Assembly: GCA_050329355.1 (NCBI GenBank)
Contig: JBHJOU010000988.1
Coordinates: 1-36,343 of the forward strand
DNA length: 36,343 bases
Origin: Rivularia sp. (in: cyanobacteria)
GTDB taxonomy: Bacteria > Cyanobacteriota > Cyanobacteriia > Cyanobacteriales > Nostocaceae
Direction: 5' to 3'
The notes under the pieces were generated by a model. It made no database searches, had not been told where the DNA came from, and saw nothing but the letters and a program-made list of their open reading frames with translations. A program made the translations under genes and the position numbers. Below are positions 1 to 9,209 of this stretch, piece after piece (the stretch's first letter is position 1; each line of letters opens with the position of its first letter).

Positions 1-216
1 TTTTTATCAGTCCATCGATCCAAGCCCGAATAATAGAATTTCGCACAAAAAGACCAGTCCGAATGGCGCTGTCTAGCCGCTCGTACTGGTTTTTGGTTCC
101 TTCTAATTTGGACTCGTAGGTTAACATCTTATCGTTTTAACTGACGATAAGATTGTAGCATAGTTTAGAAATAAAAAGCCGTCCTACAAGGACGGGGCTT
201 TAGACCCATTTTTTCG
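1..216 (-). mobile_element. Left end of an IS200/IS605-family (IS1341/IS891-like, tnpB-only at this end) element; runs off the window
   Basis: The minus strand reads TTAC|CGAAAAAATGGGTCTAAAGCCCCGTCCTTGTAGGACGGCTTT. TTAC target tetramer is at 220-217 and the subterminal hairpin ccgtcct-aca-aggacgg at 179-195. A TnpB-like ORF follows directly. Confidence 0.8.
2..127 (-). CDS. tnpB: TnpB RNA-guided endonuclease, N-terminal 42 aa (partial; not in ORF track)
   Basis: Manual translation MLTYESKLEGTKNQYERLDSAIRTGLFVRNSIIRAWIDGLIK resembles the cyanobacterial TnpB N-terminus (KLxG..QY..LD.AIRT..FVRN...R.W.D). An extended -10-like TGcTACAAT lies at 160-152. Confidence 0.8.
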   Translation of the reverse strand, partial: MLTYESKLEGTKNQYERLDSAIRTGLFVRNSIIRAWIDGLIK

Positions 217-344
217 GTAAAAACAACCATTTTGTATGGAAACCGGGTTTTTCGCGTTATTTTGCTAAATGGATTGAAAAATTGTCTTCGAGAACACAAC
301 ACCAAAATTAGGACTTGTACAACCAGCACAATTACAAACTGAAA

Positions 345-545
345 TTATGAGTCCATATTTATGACATTACCCATTAATTTATTTCCGGGAATATCCGTTC
401 TTTCTTCTTCAATATCTTCTTTTTCAATCCAAAGAAAAAGAATGGCAAAAACGGGGAAAGGTAAAATATAAAAAACTAACGGAATCATTATCCAAGGCAA
501 CCAGGAAGCTGCGTATTCTCCTGTAAGTTGCGTCATATCCACCAT
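345..545 (-). CDS. psaI2: Photosystem I subunit VIII, far-red paralogue PsaI2
   Basis: MTQLTGEYAASWLPWIMIPLVFYILPFPVFAILFLWIE: PsaI motif with one TM helix; downstream of psaL2; AGGAG SD. Confidence 0.93.
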   Translation of the reverse strand: MVDMTQLTGEYAASWLPWIMIPLVFYILPFPVFAILFLWIEKEDIEEERTDIPGNKLMGNVINMDS

Positions 546-616
546 AATTTATTCTCCTGTTTAGATAGAAGTAAATAGTTATTGAAAATTTCGTTTTTAT
601 TTTGAGTTTTTAGCCA

Positions 617-1129
617 TCAGCTAATATTAACTGCACCGCGAAGAATGGCATCTAAAGCATCAAAATTTTCTAGTAACAAGTATGCAAATATAGCCCCACC
701 CATTGAACCTAGAAATACTCCGCCATTAAGTTCGTTCCATTCTTCACGAGTTTTTAATGGTCTCAGAGGGTCTTTACAATAAGAGCTATAAGCTCCACGG
801 GGATTTCCTTGAAAAGTAGTCAAAGCAAAAATAGAAATACCCAAACAGGCTAATACAGTGATAAAAATAGCCGTAATTAATCCACTTAAATTAGCTCCAT
901 GGGCAGTTTCTCGGAGTGGTCCAATTACAACCTCCGGTCCCACTAAAAAATAACCATGAGCCATACCAATTTCTAGCCCTCGCATAAAAGGAGTTAAGCC
1001 TTTACGATAGGCAGGCAAATTATTAATAAAGGCTTTTGCTAAGGGAGAATCGTTGATTGGTGTGGATAAATTAGCAAGAAAGGGGTTGTCTTGATATGGT
1101 TTGATCAAATCTGTTTCGGTATTAGCCAT
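617..1129 (-). CDS. psaL2: Photosystem I subunit XI, far-red paralogue PsaL2
   Basis: NLSTPINDS, FINNLPAYR and RGLEIGMAHGYFL motifs; FaRLiP context. Confidence 0.95.
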   Translation of the reverse strand: MANTETDLIKPYQDNPFLANLSTPINDSPLAKAFINNLPAYRKGLTPFMRGLEIGMAHGYFLVGPEVVIGPLRETAHGANLSGLITAIFITVLACLGISIFALTTFQGNPRGAYSSYCKDPLRPLKTREEWNELNGGVFLGSMGGAIFAYLLLENFDALDAILRGAVNIS

Positions 1130-1395
1130 ATTTACCTGCTGATTGTTCTTGTACTTTTTAAAAATCTCTTATCTTTTATTTTAAAAATAAATAGTCTATA
1201 AATACAATCTTGATGCTTAATTGTTATAAAAATCAATATTTATCGAATTTATTAATAATAATTAATCATAAGAAAATCCTCTAACCGTTAGGCTTTGGCT
1301 CAAAGGTCAGAGGAGGTCGAATGACAAATTTTGTAAAGCTTGAAAATATTTTTTTTCGTTTTAATAATATTGCAAATCAAATAATCTAACTATTT

Positions 1396-1486
1396 TAGGA
1401 CTTACGCACAGACTAGGATTTTATGTCATTACGAGGGAAGCAAAGTAATCGTAAAGGCTTATTTTTTAGTTGTTGTGTAAGTCCTA
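1396..1486. repeat. MITE-like small dispersed repeat with terminal inverted repeats
   Basis: taggacttacgca ... tgtgtaagtccta imperfect TIRs around a degenerate gtcattacgag..gcaaagtaatc REP-like core. Confidence 0.65.
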
Positions 1487-1622
1487 TGCAAATTTTCAGA
1501 AAGTTGTCACAATCGCGGCAAGAATAATCATATTAACAACTTTCTTTTTCAACAATCATTTAATGATTGTTAATTGTTAACAGTTATCACGGTTAACTGA
1601 TAACTGTTAACTGACAACTGAT

Positions 1623-3845
1623 TTAACCTAATCGACTCGCCGTTGAAGCAATTAGAAATGCTCCATAGGTAGCAATATAACCAACTGTGAAATGGGTTAA
1701 GCCAACCAAACGAGCCTGAACAATAGACAAAGCAACAGGCTTATCTCTCCAATAACCAAAAGATAATGGTGTTTGTTCGTGAGCCCAAGCGAGAGTTTCA
1801 ATCAACTCTTGCCAATAACCCCGCCAAGTGATTAAGAACATGAAACTCACAGCCCAAGCTAAATGTCCTAAGAGAAACATCCAAGTCCAAACAGCAAGGT
1901 TATTAGTACCGTAGGGATTGTAACCGTTAATCAGCGATGCTGAATAGTTCCATAAGTAATCTCGGAACCAGCCCATTAAATAAGTAGAATTCTCATTGAA
2001 CTGGGCGACATTCCCCTGCCAAATAGCTAAATGCTTCCAGTGCCAGTAGAAGGTTATCCAACCGAGAGTATTGAGCATCCAGAATATACCTAGGTAAGAA
2101 GCATCCCAAGCGGAGATGTCACAAGTCCCACCACGACCTGGACCATCACAAGGGAATGAGTAACCAAAATCTTTCTTATCCGGCATTAGTTTAGAACCAC
2201 GGGCATCCAAGGCACCTTTAATTAAAACCAAGGCGGTGACGTGCAAACCGAGAGCAATTGCATGGTGAACCAAAAAGTCACCAGGACCAATTGTCAGGAA
2301 TAAGGAGTTAGTACCACTATTGATCGCATCTAGCCAGCCTGATAACCAAACGTTAGCGTGGTTAGGCCATGCTGTGGAAGCAATACTATCTGGGTTCGAT
2401 AACAAAGTATTAAAGCCGTAGAGTGCTTTACCATGAGCCGACTGGATAAACTGAGCAAATACTGGCTCAATCAGGATTTGTTTGTCAGGTGTACCGAAAG
2501 CAACCTCTACATCATTGTGAACATACAATCCCAAAGTATGGAAGCCTAAGAATAGAGACACCCAACTCAGGTGAGCAATAATCGCTTCTTTGTGCTTCAA
2601 AACCCGGTCTAAAACATTATCCTGATTCATTTCTGGGTCATAGTCTTTAATCCAGAAAATCGCCGCGTGGGAAAATGCTCCTACCATCAGAAATCCGGCT
2701 ATGTACTGGTGATGAGTATAAAGCGCTGACATGGTAGTGAAGTCCCTAGCAATGAAAGCGTAAGGTGGCATCGAATACATATGCTGTGCCACCAAAGAAC
2801 TTGCTACACCCAAAGCAGCTAACGCTAAAGACAATTGGAAATGTAATGAGTTGTTGATTGTATCGTACAGCCCTTGGTGAGGCAAATTGAACTGTCCTTC
2901 CACCTTTTGCCCAAAAAAGTTCTTAGCATTAAGCATTTCCTTCATACTGTGACCGATACCCCAGTTGGTACGGTACATATGACCCGCAACAATCAAAATC
3001 ACTGCGATCGCTAAGTGGTGATGAGCCATATCTGTTAACCACAGCGATTCTGTTTGCGGGTGAAAACCACCTAAAAAGGTGAGAATTGCCGTTCCTGCAC
3101 CTTCGTTCGTACTAAATAGATGATTTGCCGTATCCGGGTTTTGTGCGTAAATACCCCAGTTACCTGTGAAAAAAGGTAACAATCCTTTGGGGTGGGGAGC
3201 CACAGCCAGGAAATTATTCCAACCAACATGAATACCGCGAGATTCTGGGATTGCAACGTGAACCAAATGTCCCGCCCAAGCCAAAGAACTAATACCGAAT
3301 AAACCTGCGAGGTGATGATTTAGACGAGATTCATTGTTTTTAAACCAAGCAAGTCCCGGACGAAATCTAGGTCTGAGGTGCAGCCATCCTGCGAATAAGA
3401 ATACAGCAGCAACCAGTAAAAGAAACAACGAACCAGCATAAAGTTCATTATTTGTTCGCATACCGATGGTATACCACCAGTGGTAAACACCAGAGTAGCA
3501 AATATCAACGGGATTACGCGCTCCGGCTTGCGTAAAAGCCTCAATTGCTGGTGGTCCAAATTGAGCATCCCAAATAGCGTGAGCGATGGGATGTACATGA
3601 AGTGGGTCTTTAATCCACAATTCAAAGTTACCTTGCCAAGCAACGTGGAACAAAATACCCGATGTCCATAGAAAGATAATCGCCAAATGACCAAAGTGAG
3701 AAGCAAAAATCCTTTGATAAAGATTTTCCTCGGTCATTCCGTCGTGACTTTCAAAATCATGAGCAGTTGCGATCGCATACCAAATGCGACGAGTCGTCGG
3801 GTCTTGTGCCAAGTCTTGGCTAAATTTGGGAAATTTAGTTGCCAT
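1623..3845 (-). CDS. psaB2: Photosystem I P700 apoprotein A2, far-red paralogue PsaB2
   Basis: [22 protein letters not shown] start; FX motif [12 protein letters not shown]; divergent from canonical PsaB; within the FaRLiP cluster. Confidence 0.97.
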   Translation of the reverse strand: MATKFPKFSQDLAQDPTTRRIWYAIATAHDFESHDGMTEENLYQRIFASHFGHLAIIFLWTSGILFHVAWQGNFELWIKDPLHVHPIAHAIWDAQFGPPAIEAFTQAGARNPVDICYSGVYHWWYTIGMRTNNELYAGSLFLLLVAAVFLFAGWLHLRPRFRPGLAWFKNNESRLNHHLAGLFGISSLAWAGHLVHVAIPESRGIHVGWNNFLAVAPHPKGLLPFFTGNWGIYAQNPDTANHLFSTNEGAGTAILTFLGGFHPQTESLWLTDMAHHHLAIAVILIVAGHMYRTNWGIGHSMKEMLNAKNFFGQKVEGQFNLPHQGLYDTINNSLHFQLSLALAALGVASSLVAQHMYSMPPYAFIARDFTTMSALYTHHQYIAGFLMVGAFSHAAIFWIKDYDPEMNQDNVLDRVLKHKEAIIAHLSWVSLFLGFHTLGLYVHNDVEVAFGTPDKQILIEPVFAQFIQSAHGKALYGFNTLLSNPDSIASTAWPNHANVWLSGWLDAINSGTNSLFLTIGPGDFLVHHAIALGLHVTALVLIKGALDARGSKLMPDKKDFGYSFPCDGPGRGGTCDISAWDASYLGIFWMLNTLGWITFYWHWKHLAIWQGNVAQFNENSTYLMGWFRDYLWNYSASLINGYNPYGTNNLAVWTWMFLLGHLAWAVSFMFLITWRGYWQELIETLAWAHEQTPLSFGYWRDKPVALSIVQARLVGLTHFTVGYIATYGAFLIASTASRLG

Positions 3846-3902
3846 ATTTAAACTTTCATTTTTTTGAGTCAGGAAAAATTATGAATTCTAGGTTTCTCAT
3901 TC

Positions 3903-3958
3903 CTCGTTACTATGCTCTGCCTCCGTTTATGCATTACTAGGCAGAGCATAGTAACGAG
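3903..3958. repeat. 20-bp perfect inverted repeat (stem-loop) between psaA2 and psaB2
   Basis: ctcgttactatgctctgcct (3903-3922) pairs with aggcagagcatagtaacgag (3939-3958). Confidence 0.85.
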
Positions 3959-3971
3959 AGAGTTTTGATGT

Positions 3972-6338
3972 TCAACCCAGTGCGCTCATTCGCGCTAGGA
4001 AGAATGCCCAAGTGGTAACAATTCCTCCCAATAGGTAGTGAGCAGCTCCCACAGCCCGACCTTGAACGATACTTAAAGCACGGGGCTGAATCGCAGTAGT
4101 AATTTTCAACTTGTTGTGCGCCCAAACAATCGATTCAATCAGTTCTTGCCAGTAACCACGACCGCTAAACAGGAACATCAAGCTAAAGCCAAAAACGAAG
4201 TGTCCAGCCAAGAACATTAACCCGTATGCAGAAAGTGCTGTATTGTAGGAATTGATTACTTGGGAAGATTGCGCCCAAAGAAAGTCCCGCAACCAACCAT
4301 TATTGGTAATCGATGACATGGCAAAGTTGCCACCAGTAATGTGAGTGACTACCCCATTCCCATCAACCGTCCCCCAAACATCCGATTGCATCTTCCAAAA
4401 GAAGTGGAAAATTACCATGGACAGGGAATTATACATCCAGAAAAGTCCCAAGAATACATGGTCCCAAGCAGAGACTTGACAAGTACCCCCGCGACCTGGA
4501 CCATCGCAAGGAAAGCGGAAACCAAGGTTGGCTTTATCTGGAATTAACCGGGAACTACGGGCAAATAATACACCTTTGAGCAGAACTAGTACTGTGACGT
4601 GAATTGTAAAAGCGTGGATGTGGTGGATTAAGAAATCAGCCGTTCCCAAAGGTATAGGCATCATTGCCACTTTACCACCTACGGCAAGAATACCGCCGCC
4701 AAAGGCATAACTTACAGGCTCGTGCAAACCTGGAGCCGTTACTCCCAGTCCAGAGGTTTGTAAATTGTGCAAGCCCCCAAACATATTGCCCAAAGGTGTA
4801 GCGGCTTGCAATCCCAGATTTCCAATTGCCATTGTGTGAATATGTTGTATCCACTGAGCAAAAATAGGCTGCAATTGAATTCCCGTATCCGAGAACATAT
4901 CTTGAGGACGACCAAAAGCCCGCATTGTGTCGTTGTGACAATAAATTGCAAAGCTGTGGAAGCCGAGGAACTGACACACCCAAGCCAGGTGAGAGATAAT
5001 TGCATCTCGGTGTCGAATTACCCGGTCTAGGACATTGTTATAATTTACTTCCGGGTCATAGTCTCGCACCATATAAATCGCTGCATGAGCGGCGGCACCG
5101 ACTATTAAAAAGCCTCCAATCCATATATGATGAGTGAACAGAGATAAAACAGTGGCATAGTCTGTCGCCAAATATGGATAGGGCGGCATCGCATACATAT
5201 GATGGGCAATTATGATACTTAGAGAACCCAACATTGCCAGATTGACTGATAACTGAGCGTGCCAGGAAGTTGTCAGAACTTCGTAAAGACCTTTATGACC
5301 TCTAGGACCAATAAAGCTCAAAAATGGCAGCATATTCGGATTTCTCAGGTCATCGAGCATGAGCTTGATATTATGACCAATACCCCAATTAGTGCGGTAC
5401 ATATGACCGGCAACAATGAACATTACAGCTATAGCTAAGTGATGATGTGCTATATCTGTTAACCACAAACCGCCAGTTACCGGATTCAAACCACCGTTAA
5501 ATGTCAGAAATTCTTTGTATCTATCCCAATTTAAAGTAAAGAATGGTACCACTCCACTGATAAAACCCCAATCAACACCGGGATATAATCTTCCCATCAA
5601 GCTAGGGTTCAAGATGAATTCATGAGGTAGAGGAATATCCTTAAGAGCTACTCCAGCATCCAGCAGCTTGTTAGTGGGTAAAGAAACATGAATTAGGTGT
5701 CCGCACCAGCCCAAGGAACCCAAACCTAAAAGTCCAGCTAAGTGATGATTTAACATCGACTCAACATTCTGAAACCATTCTAGTTTGGGAGCGCGTTTGT
5801 GATAGTGGAACCAACCAGCAAATAGCATCAATGCTGCCATTACCAAAGCTCCAATTGCTGTGCAGTATAATTGGAACGCATTTGTAAATCCAGCACCCCG
5901 CCACAACTGGAAAAGTCCAGAGGTGATTTGAATCCCGTGGAAGCCATCACCCATATCGGCATTCAAAATTTCTTGACCAAATATAGGCCAGACTACTTGA
6001 GCGCTTGGTTTAATACCAGTGGGATTTGTCATCCAAGATTCAAAATTGGAAAAATTTGCCCCATGAAAATACATCCCGCTCAACCAGATAAAAATTACTG
6101 CTAAATGTCCAAAATGAGCAGCGAAGATTTTGCGAGATACATCTTCTAAGTCACTGGTATGAGTATCGAAATCATGAGCAAGAGCGTGTAGATTCCAAAT
6201 CCAAGTTGTGGTTTTCGGACCTCTAGCAAGGGAACGATCAAAGTGTCCTGGTTTTGACCACTTCTCAAAAGAAGTAGGCACCGGATCTTTATCGACTACT
6301 ACTTTTACTTTTTGCTCTCGCTCTGGAGTTATTGTCAT
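3972..6338 (-). CDS. psaA2: Photosystem I P700 apoprotein A1, far-red paralogue PsaA2
   Basis: PsaA motifs ([25 protein letters not shown]); extra loops ([27 protein letters not shown]) typical of the longer PsaA2. AGGAG at 6352-6348 favours the ATG at 6338 over 6344. Confidence 0.97.
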   Translation of the reverse strand: MTITPEREQKVKVVVDKDPVPTSFEKWSKPGHFDRSLARGPKTTTWIWNLHALAHDFDTHTSDLEDVSRKIFAAHFGHLAVIFIWLSGMYFHGANFSNFESWMTNPTGIKPSAQVVWPIFGQEILNADMGDGFHGIQITSGLFQLWRGAGFTNAFQLYCTAIGALVMAALMLFAGWFHYHKRAPKLEWFQNVESMLNHHLAGLLGLGSLGWCGHLIHVSLPTNKLLDAGVALKDIPLPHEFILNPSLMGRLYPGVDWGFISGVVPFFTLNWDRYKEFLTFNGGLNPVTGGLWLTDIAHHHLAIAVMFIVAGHMYRTNWGIGHNIKLMLDDLRNPNMLPFLSFIGPRGHKGLYEVLTTSWHAQLSVNLAMLGSLSIIIAHHMYAMPPYPYLATDYATVLSLFTHHIWIGGFLIVGAAAHAAIYMVRDYDPEVNYNNVLDRVIRHRDAIISHLAWVCQFLGFHSFAIYCHNDTMRAFGRPQDMFSDTGIQLQPIFAQWIQHIHTMAIGNLGLQAATPLGNMFGGLHNLQTSGLGVTAPGLHEPVSYAFGGGILAVGGKVAMMPIPLGTADFLIHHIHAFTIHVTVLVLLKGVLFARSSRLIPDKANLGFRFPCDGPGRGGTCQVSAWDHVFLGLFWMYNSLSMVIFHFFWKMQSDVWGTVDGNGVVTHITGGNFAMSSITNNGWLRDFLWAQSSQVINSYNTALSAYGLMFLAGHFVFGFSLMFLFSGRGYWQELIESIVWAHNKLKITTAIQPRALSIVQGRAVGAAHYLLGGIVTTWAFFLARMSALG

Positions 6339-6454
6339 AATCATTGCCTCCTTTTTGCAATAGGGTTGGGGGGAATATCTTGGACTTTTTCATCAAGGTG
6401 ATAGCCCCAAAGACTTGATAAATAAATCTTTCATCGTTATTCACCAGACTCTAA

Positions 6455-7555
6455 TTACTTCACAGGTATTGCTATTTGAGATGATAAATCCAAGGGGAAA
6501 GAGTAAATTTTGCCTTCGTCCATTACTTCTATTCCTAAATCAGCCCAGCTAATCGAATCTGCCCAGCTATTGATTACTCGCCCTTGCTTATCGTGTATGT
6601 GCTGATTAAAATTCAAGCCATTGATATTAAATGCCATCGAAACGACACCCAAAGCCGCAGCCCAAATTCCTACCACCGGCACAATTGCTAATAACAAATG
6701 CAAATTGCGCTTGTTTATGAAGCTCAAGCGATGCCAGACAAGCCTTCCCAAGTAATTATGGGCTGCCATTAAATTGTAAGTTGGTTGTTTGTGACGCTGT
6801 TCTCTGGGAAAGCTTAGAGTCGAAGTTACTAAAGAACCATGCATAGCGCTCAAGAATGCCCCTCCCAAAACTCCAACTACTCCAATCATGTGAAATGGAT
6901 TCATCAGAAAATTGTGTTCAGCTTGTAGCTTCAACATGAAATAGAAAGTCCCCGAAATTCCTAAAGGCATTCCCTCACAAAACCCTCCTTGTCCAATTGG
7001 ATAAACTAACAGTACTGCTGCTGTAGCACTGACTGGAGCAGAGAAAGCTAAACTAATCCAAGGACGCATTCCCAAACGATAACTCAACTCCCATTCCCGA
7101 TCTTGATAGCAATAGATGCCAATCAAAAAATGCAGCACAATCAGCTGATATGGACCTCCATTGCACAGCCATTCCTCAAAGGATGCTGCTGCCCAAACAG
7201 GGTAAAAGTGCAGTCCAATGGCTGCTGAGGTGGGAACAACCGCAGCAGTAATAATGTTATTTCCATGTAACAAAGAACCAGAAATTGGTTCTCCCCAGCC
7301 ACCCATATCTACGGGAGGAGCAGCAATAAAGGCAATTACAAAAACAATCGCTGCGATGCAAAGAGTCGGTATCATCACTAGCCCAAACCAGCCGATATAC
7401 AGACGATTATCGGTGCTAGTTACCCATTGACAGAATTTTTCCCATACCGGGGAGGAATCGCTTTTTTCTAAAAGATTGTTTTGACTTTGGCGTTTATCGA
7501 CCAAATCACTATCGCTTGAAGTCGTAATTGTGCGTTGTAATTCAGACTGTACCAT
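6455..7555 (-). CDS. chlF: Chlorophyll f synthase (super-rogue D1, PsbA4/ChlF)
   Basis: D1 homologue with CYQDREWE (QD replaces MG). TyrZ (LVYPIGQG), His190, His198 and His215 are retained. The Mn-cluster site is altered (D61G, D170E; C-terminus [14 protein letters not shown] vs [14 protein letters not shown]) and the DE loop is shortened. Confidence 0.95.
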   Translation of the reverse strand: MVQSELQRTITTSSDSDLVDKRQSQNNLLEKSDSSPVWEKFCQWVTSTDNRLYIGWFGLVMIPTLCIAAIVFVIAFIAAPPVDMGGWGEPISGSLLHGNNIITAAVVPTSAAIGLHFYPVWAAASFEEWLCNGGPYQLIVLHFLIGIYCYQDREWELSYRLGMRPWISLAFSAPVSATAAVLLVYPIGQGGFCEGMPLGISGTFYFMLKLQAEHNFLMNPFHMIGVVGVLGGAFLSAMHGSLVTSTLSFPREQRHKQPTYNLMAAHNYLGRLVWHRLSFINKRNLHLLLAIVPVVGIWAAALGVVSMAFNINGLNFNQHIHDKQGRVINSWADSISWADLGIEVMDEGKIYSFPLDLSSQIAIPVK

Positions 7556-7593
7556 TTAATTAATGGCTCCTTAGTCTAGGGTAGAGGTCACTA

Positions 7594-7769
7594 AATTTTA
7601 GATTTTGGATTTAGGATTTTAGATTGATCGGGAAAATAATCCAGGGGCTTGTGATTTTTTTATCCAAGGAGGAAGTTTGAATTTGAATTATTTAATCCAA
7701 AACCCCGATACTTGCTGTTCAAAAAGTCGGAACGCAATGCAGTATTGTCCAAATCTAAAATCTAAAATT
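7594..7769. repeat. STRR-flanked MITE-like repeat in the chlF upstream region
   Basis: (attttag/attttgg)n on the left is inverted relative to (ctaaaat)n on the right, around a core containing aatccaggggcttgt. Confidence 0.55.
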
Positions 7770-7957
7770 CATGGTTGACAATGTAATCAAAGAATTTCAA
7801 CAGAACATTCAACTTTTGAGAAAATATATCTATTATTAGCATTTGAGAAAGTATCTACTTCTGATTTACTAATGATATAAACTCCAATTTGTTGATGATT
7901 TATGATGATTTTTCTCAGCAATAGATTAGTTGCTATTTGGAGAATAAAAAAAAGTTC

Positions 7958-7975
7958 TGAAGAACTTATGAAGAA
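7958..7975 (-). promoter_or_regulatory. Candidate RfpB-binding direct repeat upstream of chlF
   Basis: The minus strand reads TTCTTCA-taag-TTCTTCA (7-4-7, 11-bp period). A near-identical motif lies upstream of psbA3. Confidence 0.45.
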
Positions 7976-8045
7976 GAAGATTATATTTACAAAAGCTTAC
8001 ATTTATGTAAATATTTATTTAAATAAAATACGGCAAATTCAGTTA

Positions 8046-8435
8046 TTAATATTCCCAATTCAGTGCAACTGCTACTTGTCTAGCTAAAGTTAATAAATCA
8101 AAAGGCTTGATAATGGCTGCCGTTACCCCAAGTTCGGTTAATTGAGACAATTCTTGATACTGTTCCGTAGAAGTTAATAAAATTATCGGGATTTGCTGAG
8201 TAGTCGGTTTATTATGTAACTCTTGCAATATGGTATTGCAATCAAAATCAAATATAATTTCATTCAAATCCAAAATAATTGCATCAGCTTGTTCGGTTGT
8301 AGCTTTGGCAATAGCTTCATTCACGGAGTTGGTGATTACAACCGAACAGCCTGCTATTGTTTCTAAGCAAACCTGAGTAACTTCCTGTATTGCATCTACA
8401 TTTTCAATAATTAGTAGGATACGTCGGTGGTTCAC
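8046..8435 (-). CDS. Single-domain response regulator, degenerate RfpC-like paralogue
   Basis: Receiver fold (LLIIEN, DAIILD, IPIILLT, KPFD) with a GTG start. Shares TQxCLE, EQxDAIxLD and KPxDxxTLA with the adjacent RfpC. Confidence 0.8.
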   Translation of the reverse strand: MNHRRILLIIENVDAIQEVTQVCLETIAGCSVVITNSVNEAIAKATTEQADAIILDLNEIIFDFDCNTILQELHNKPTTQQIPIILLTSTEQYQELSQLTELGVTAAIIKPFDLLTLARQVAVALNWEY

Positions 8436-8606
8436 TATTTACATTTACCCGTGGGTGCCAAGTATTTTCTGGCTGCCAACTCCCGCAAGATTTACCAATT
8501 GATCAATTGGTGGATACTTGTTGAATTATTTTTGGTGATTTGTTAGCCAGCTTCACCTTGTAGGGTAAGTAAAAACTATGAATAATCCATGAAGAAAATA
8601 CAATTC

Positions 8607-8975
8607 TCATTGCAAAACTTGTGTAATTTCGTGAGCCAAAGTAAACGGATCATAAGGTTTGGTTATAACCCCCGCGACACAAAGTTGAGTAAAATGACGC
8701 TTTTCGGCAGGTTGAGCTTTTGCTGTGAGTAAAATCACAGGAATATTTTTGGTAATCGGATTTTCTTGTAGTTTCTCAAATGTTGTCAACCCGTCCATTT
8801 CTGGCATCATTACATCTAGAAGAATCGCATCAGGCTGCTCTGCTGCGGCTGTAACTAAACCTTCTTTACCTGAAGCAGCACTCAAAACTTCCCATTCGCC
8901 TAAAATTTCTAAACACATTTGAGTGGCTTCTCGGATATCCTTATCATCATCAATGATTAAAATACGTTTGGTCAT
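8607..8975 (-). CDS. rfpC: CheY-like response regulator RfpC
   Basis: ILIIDDD, AILLDVMMPEMDG, LLTAK and KPYD motifs; follows rfpB-rfpA. Start moved to the ATG at 8975. Confidence 0.9.
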   Translation of the reverse strand: MTKRILIIDDDKDIREATQMCLEILGEWEVLSAASGKEGLVTAAAEQPDAILLDVMMPEMDGLTTFEKLQENPITKNIPVILLTAKAQPAEKRHFTQLCVAGVITKPYDPFTLAHEITQVLQ

Positions 8976-9209
8976 ATATTGCACCATTAAAACTATAGTC
9001 AAAACAAAATAATTAATAATTTTTTAGCTTCGTTTTCACCCGCCTGGGGTTGCAAGTCCCATTCTAATAGCATAAGTCCATTAAAATGGACTCAAAATAC
9101 AGGGAATAAAATATAAAAATTTATAACTATAAAATTTATAATTTAGTTAATTATTTGTAAGTTACAAAATATGTGTTTGCAGATTTTTTCTTTTGCTAAT
9201 AGCTAATGA

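Noticed and set aside
3071-7430. Short alternative-frame and antisense ORFs within psaB2, psaA2 and chlF (e.g. 3320-3706, 4672-4983, 7218-7430)
   Set aside because: Shadow ORFs of highly conserved genes, with no motifs or SD support.
7902-8087. 61-aa + strand ORF upstream of chlF
   Set aside because: AT-rich low-complexity translation that overlaps the likely promoter and the end of the receiver gene.
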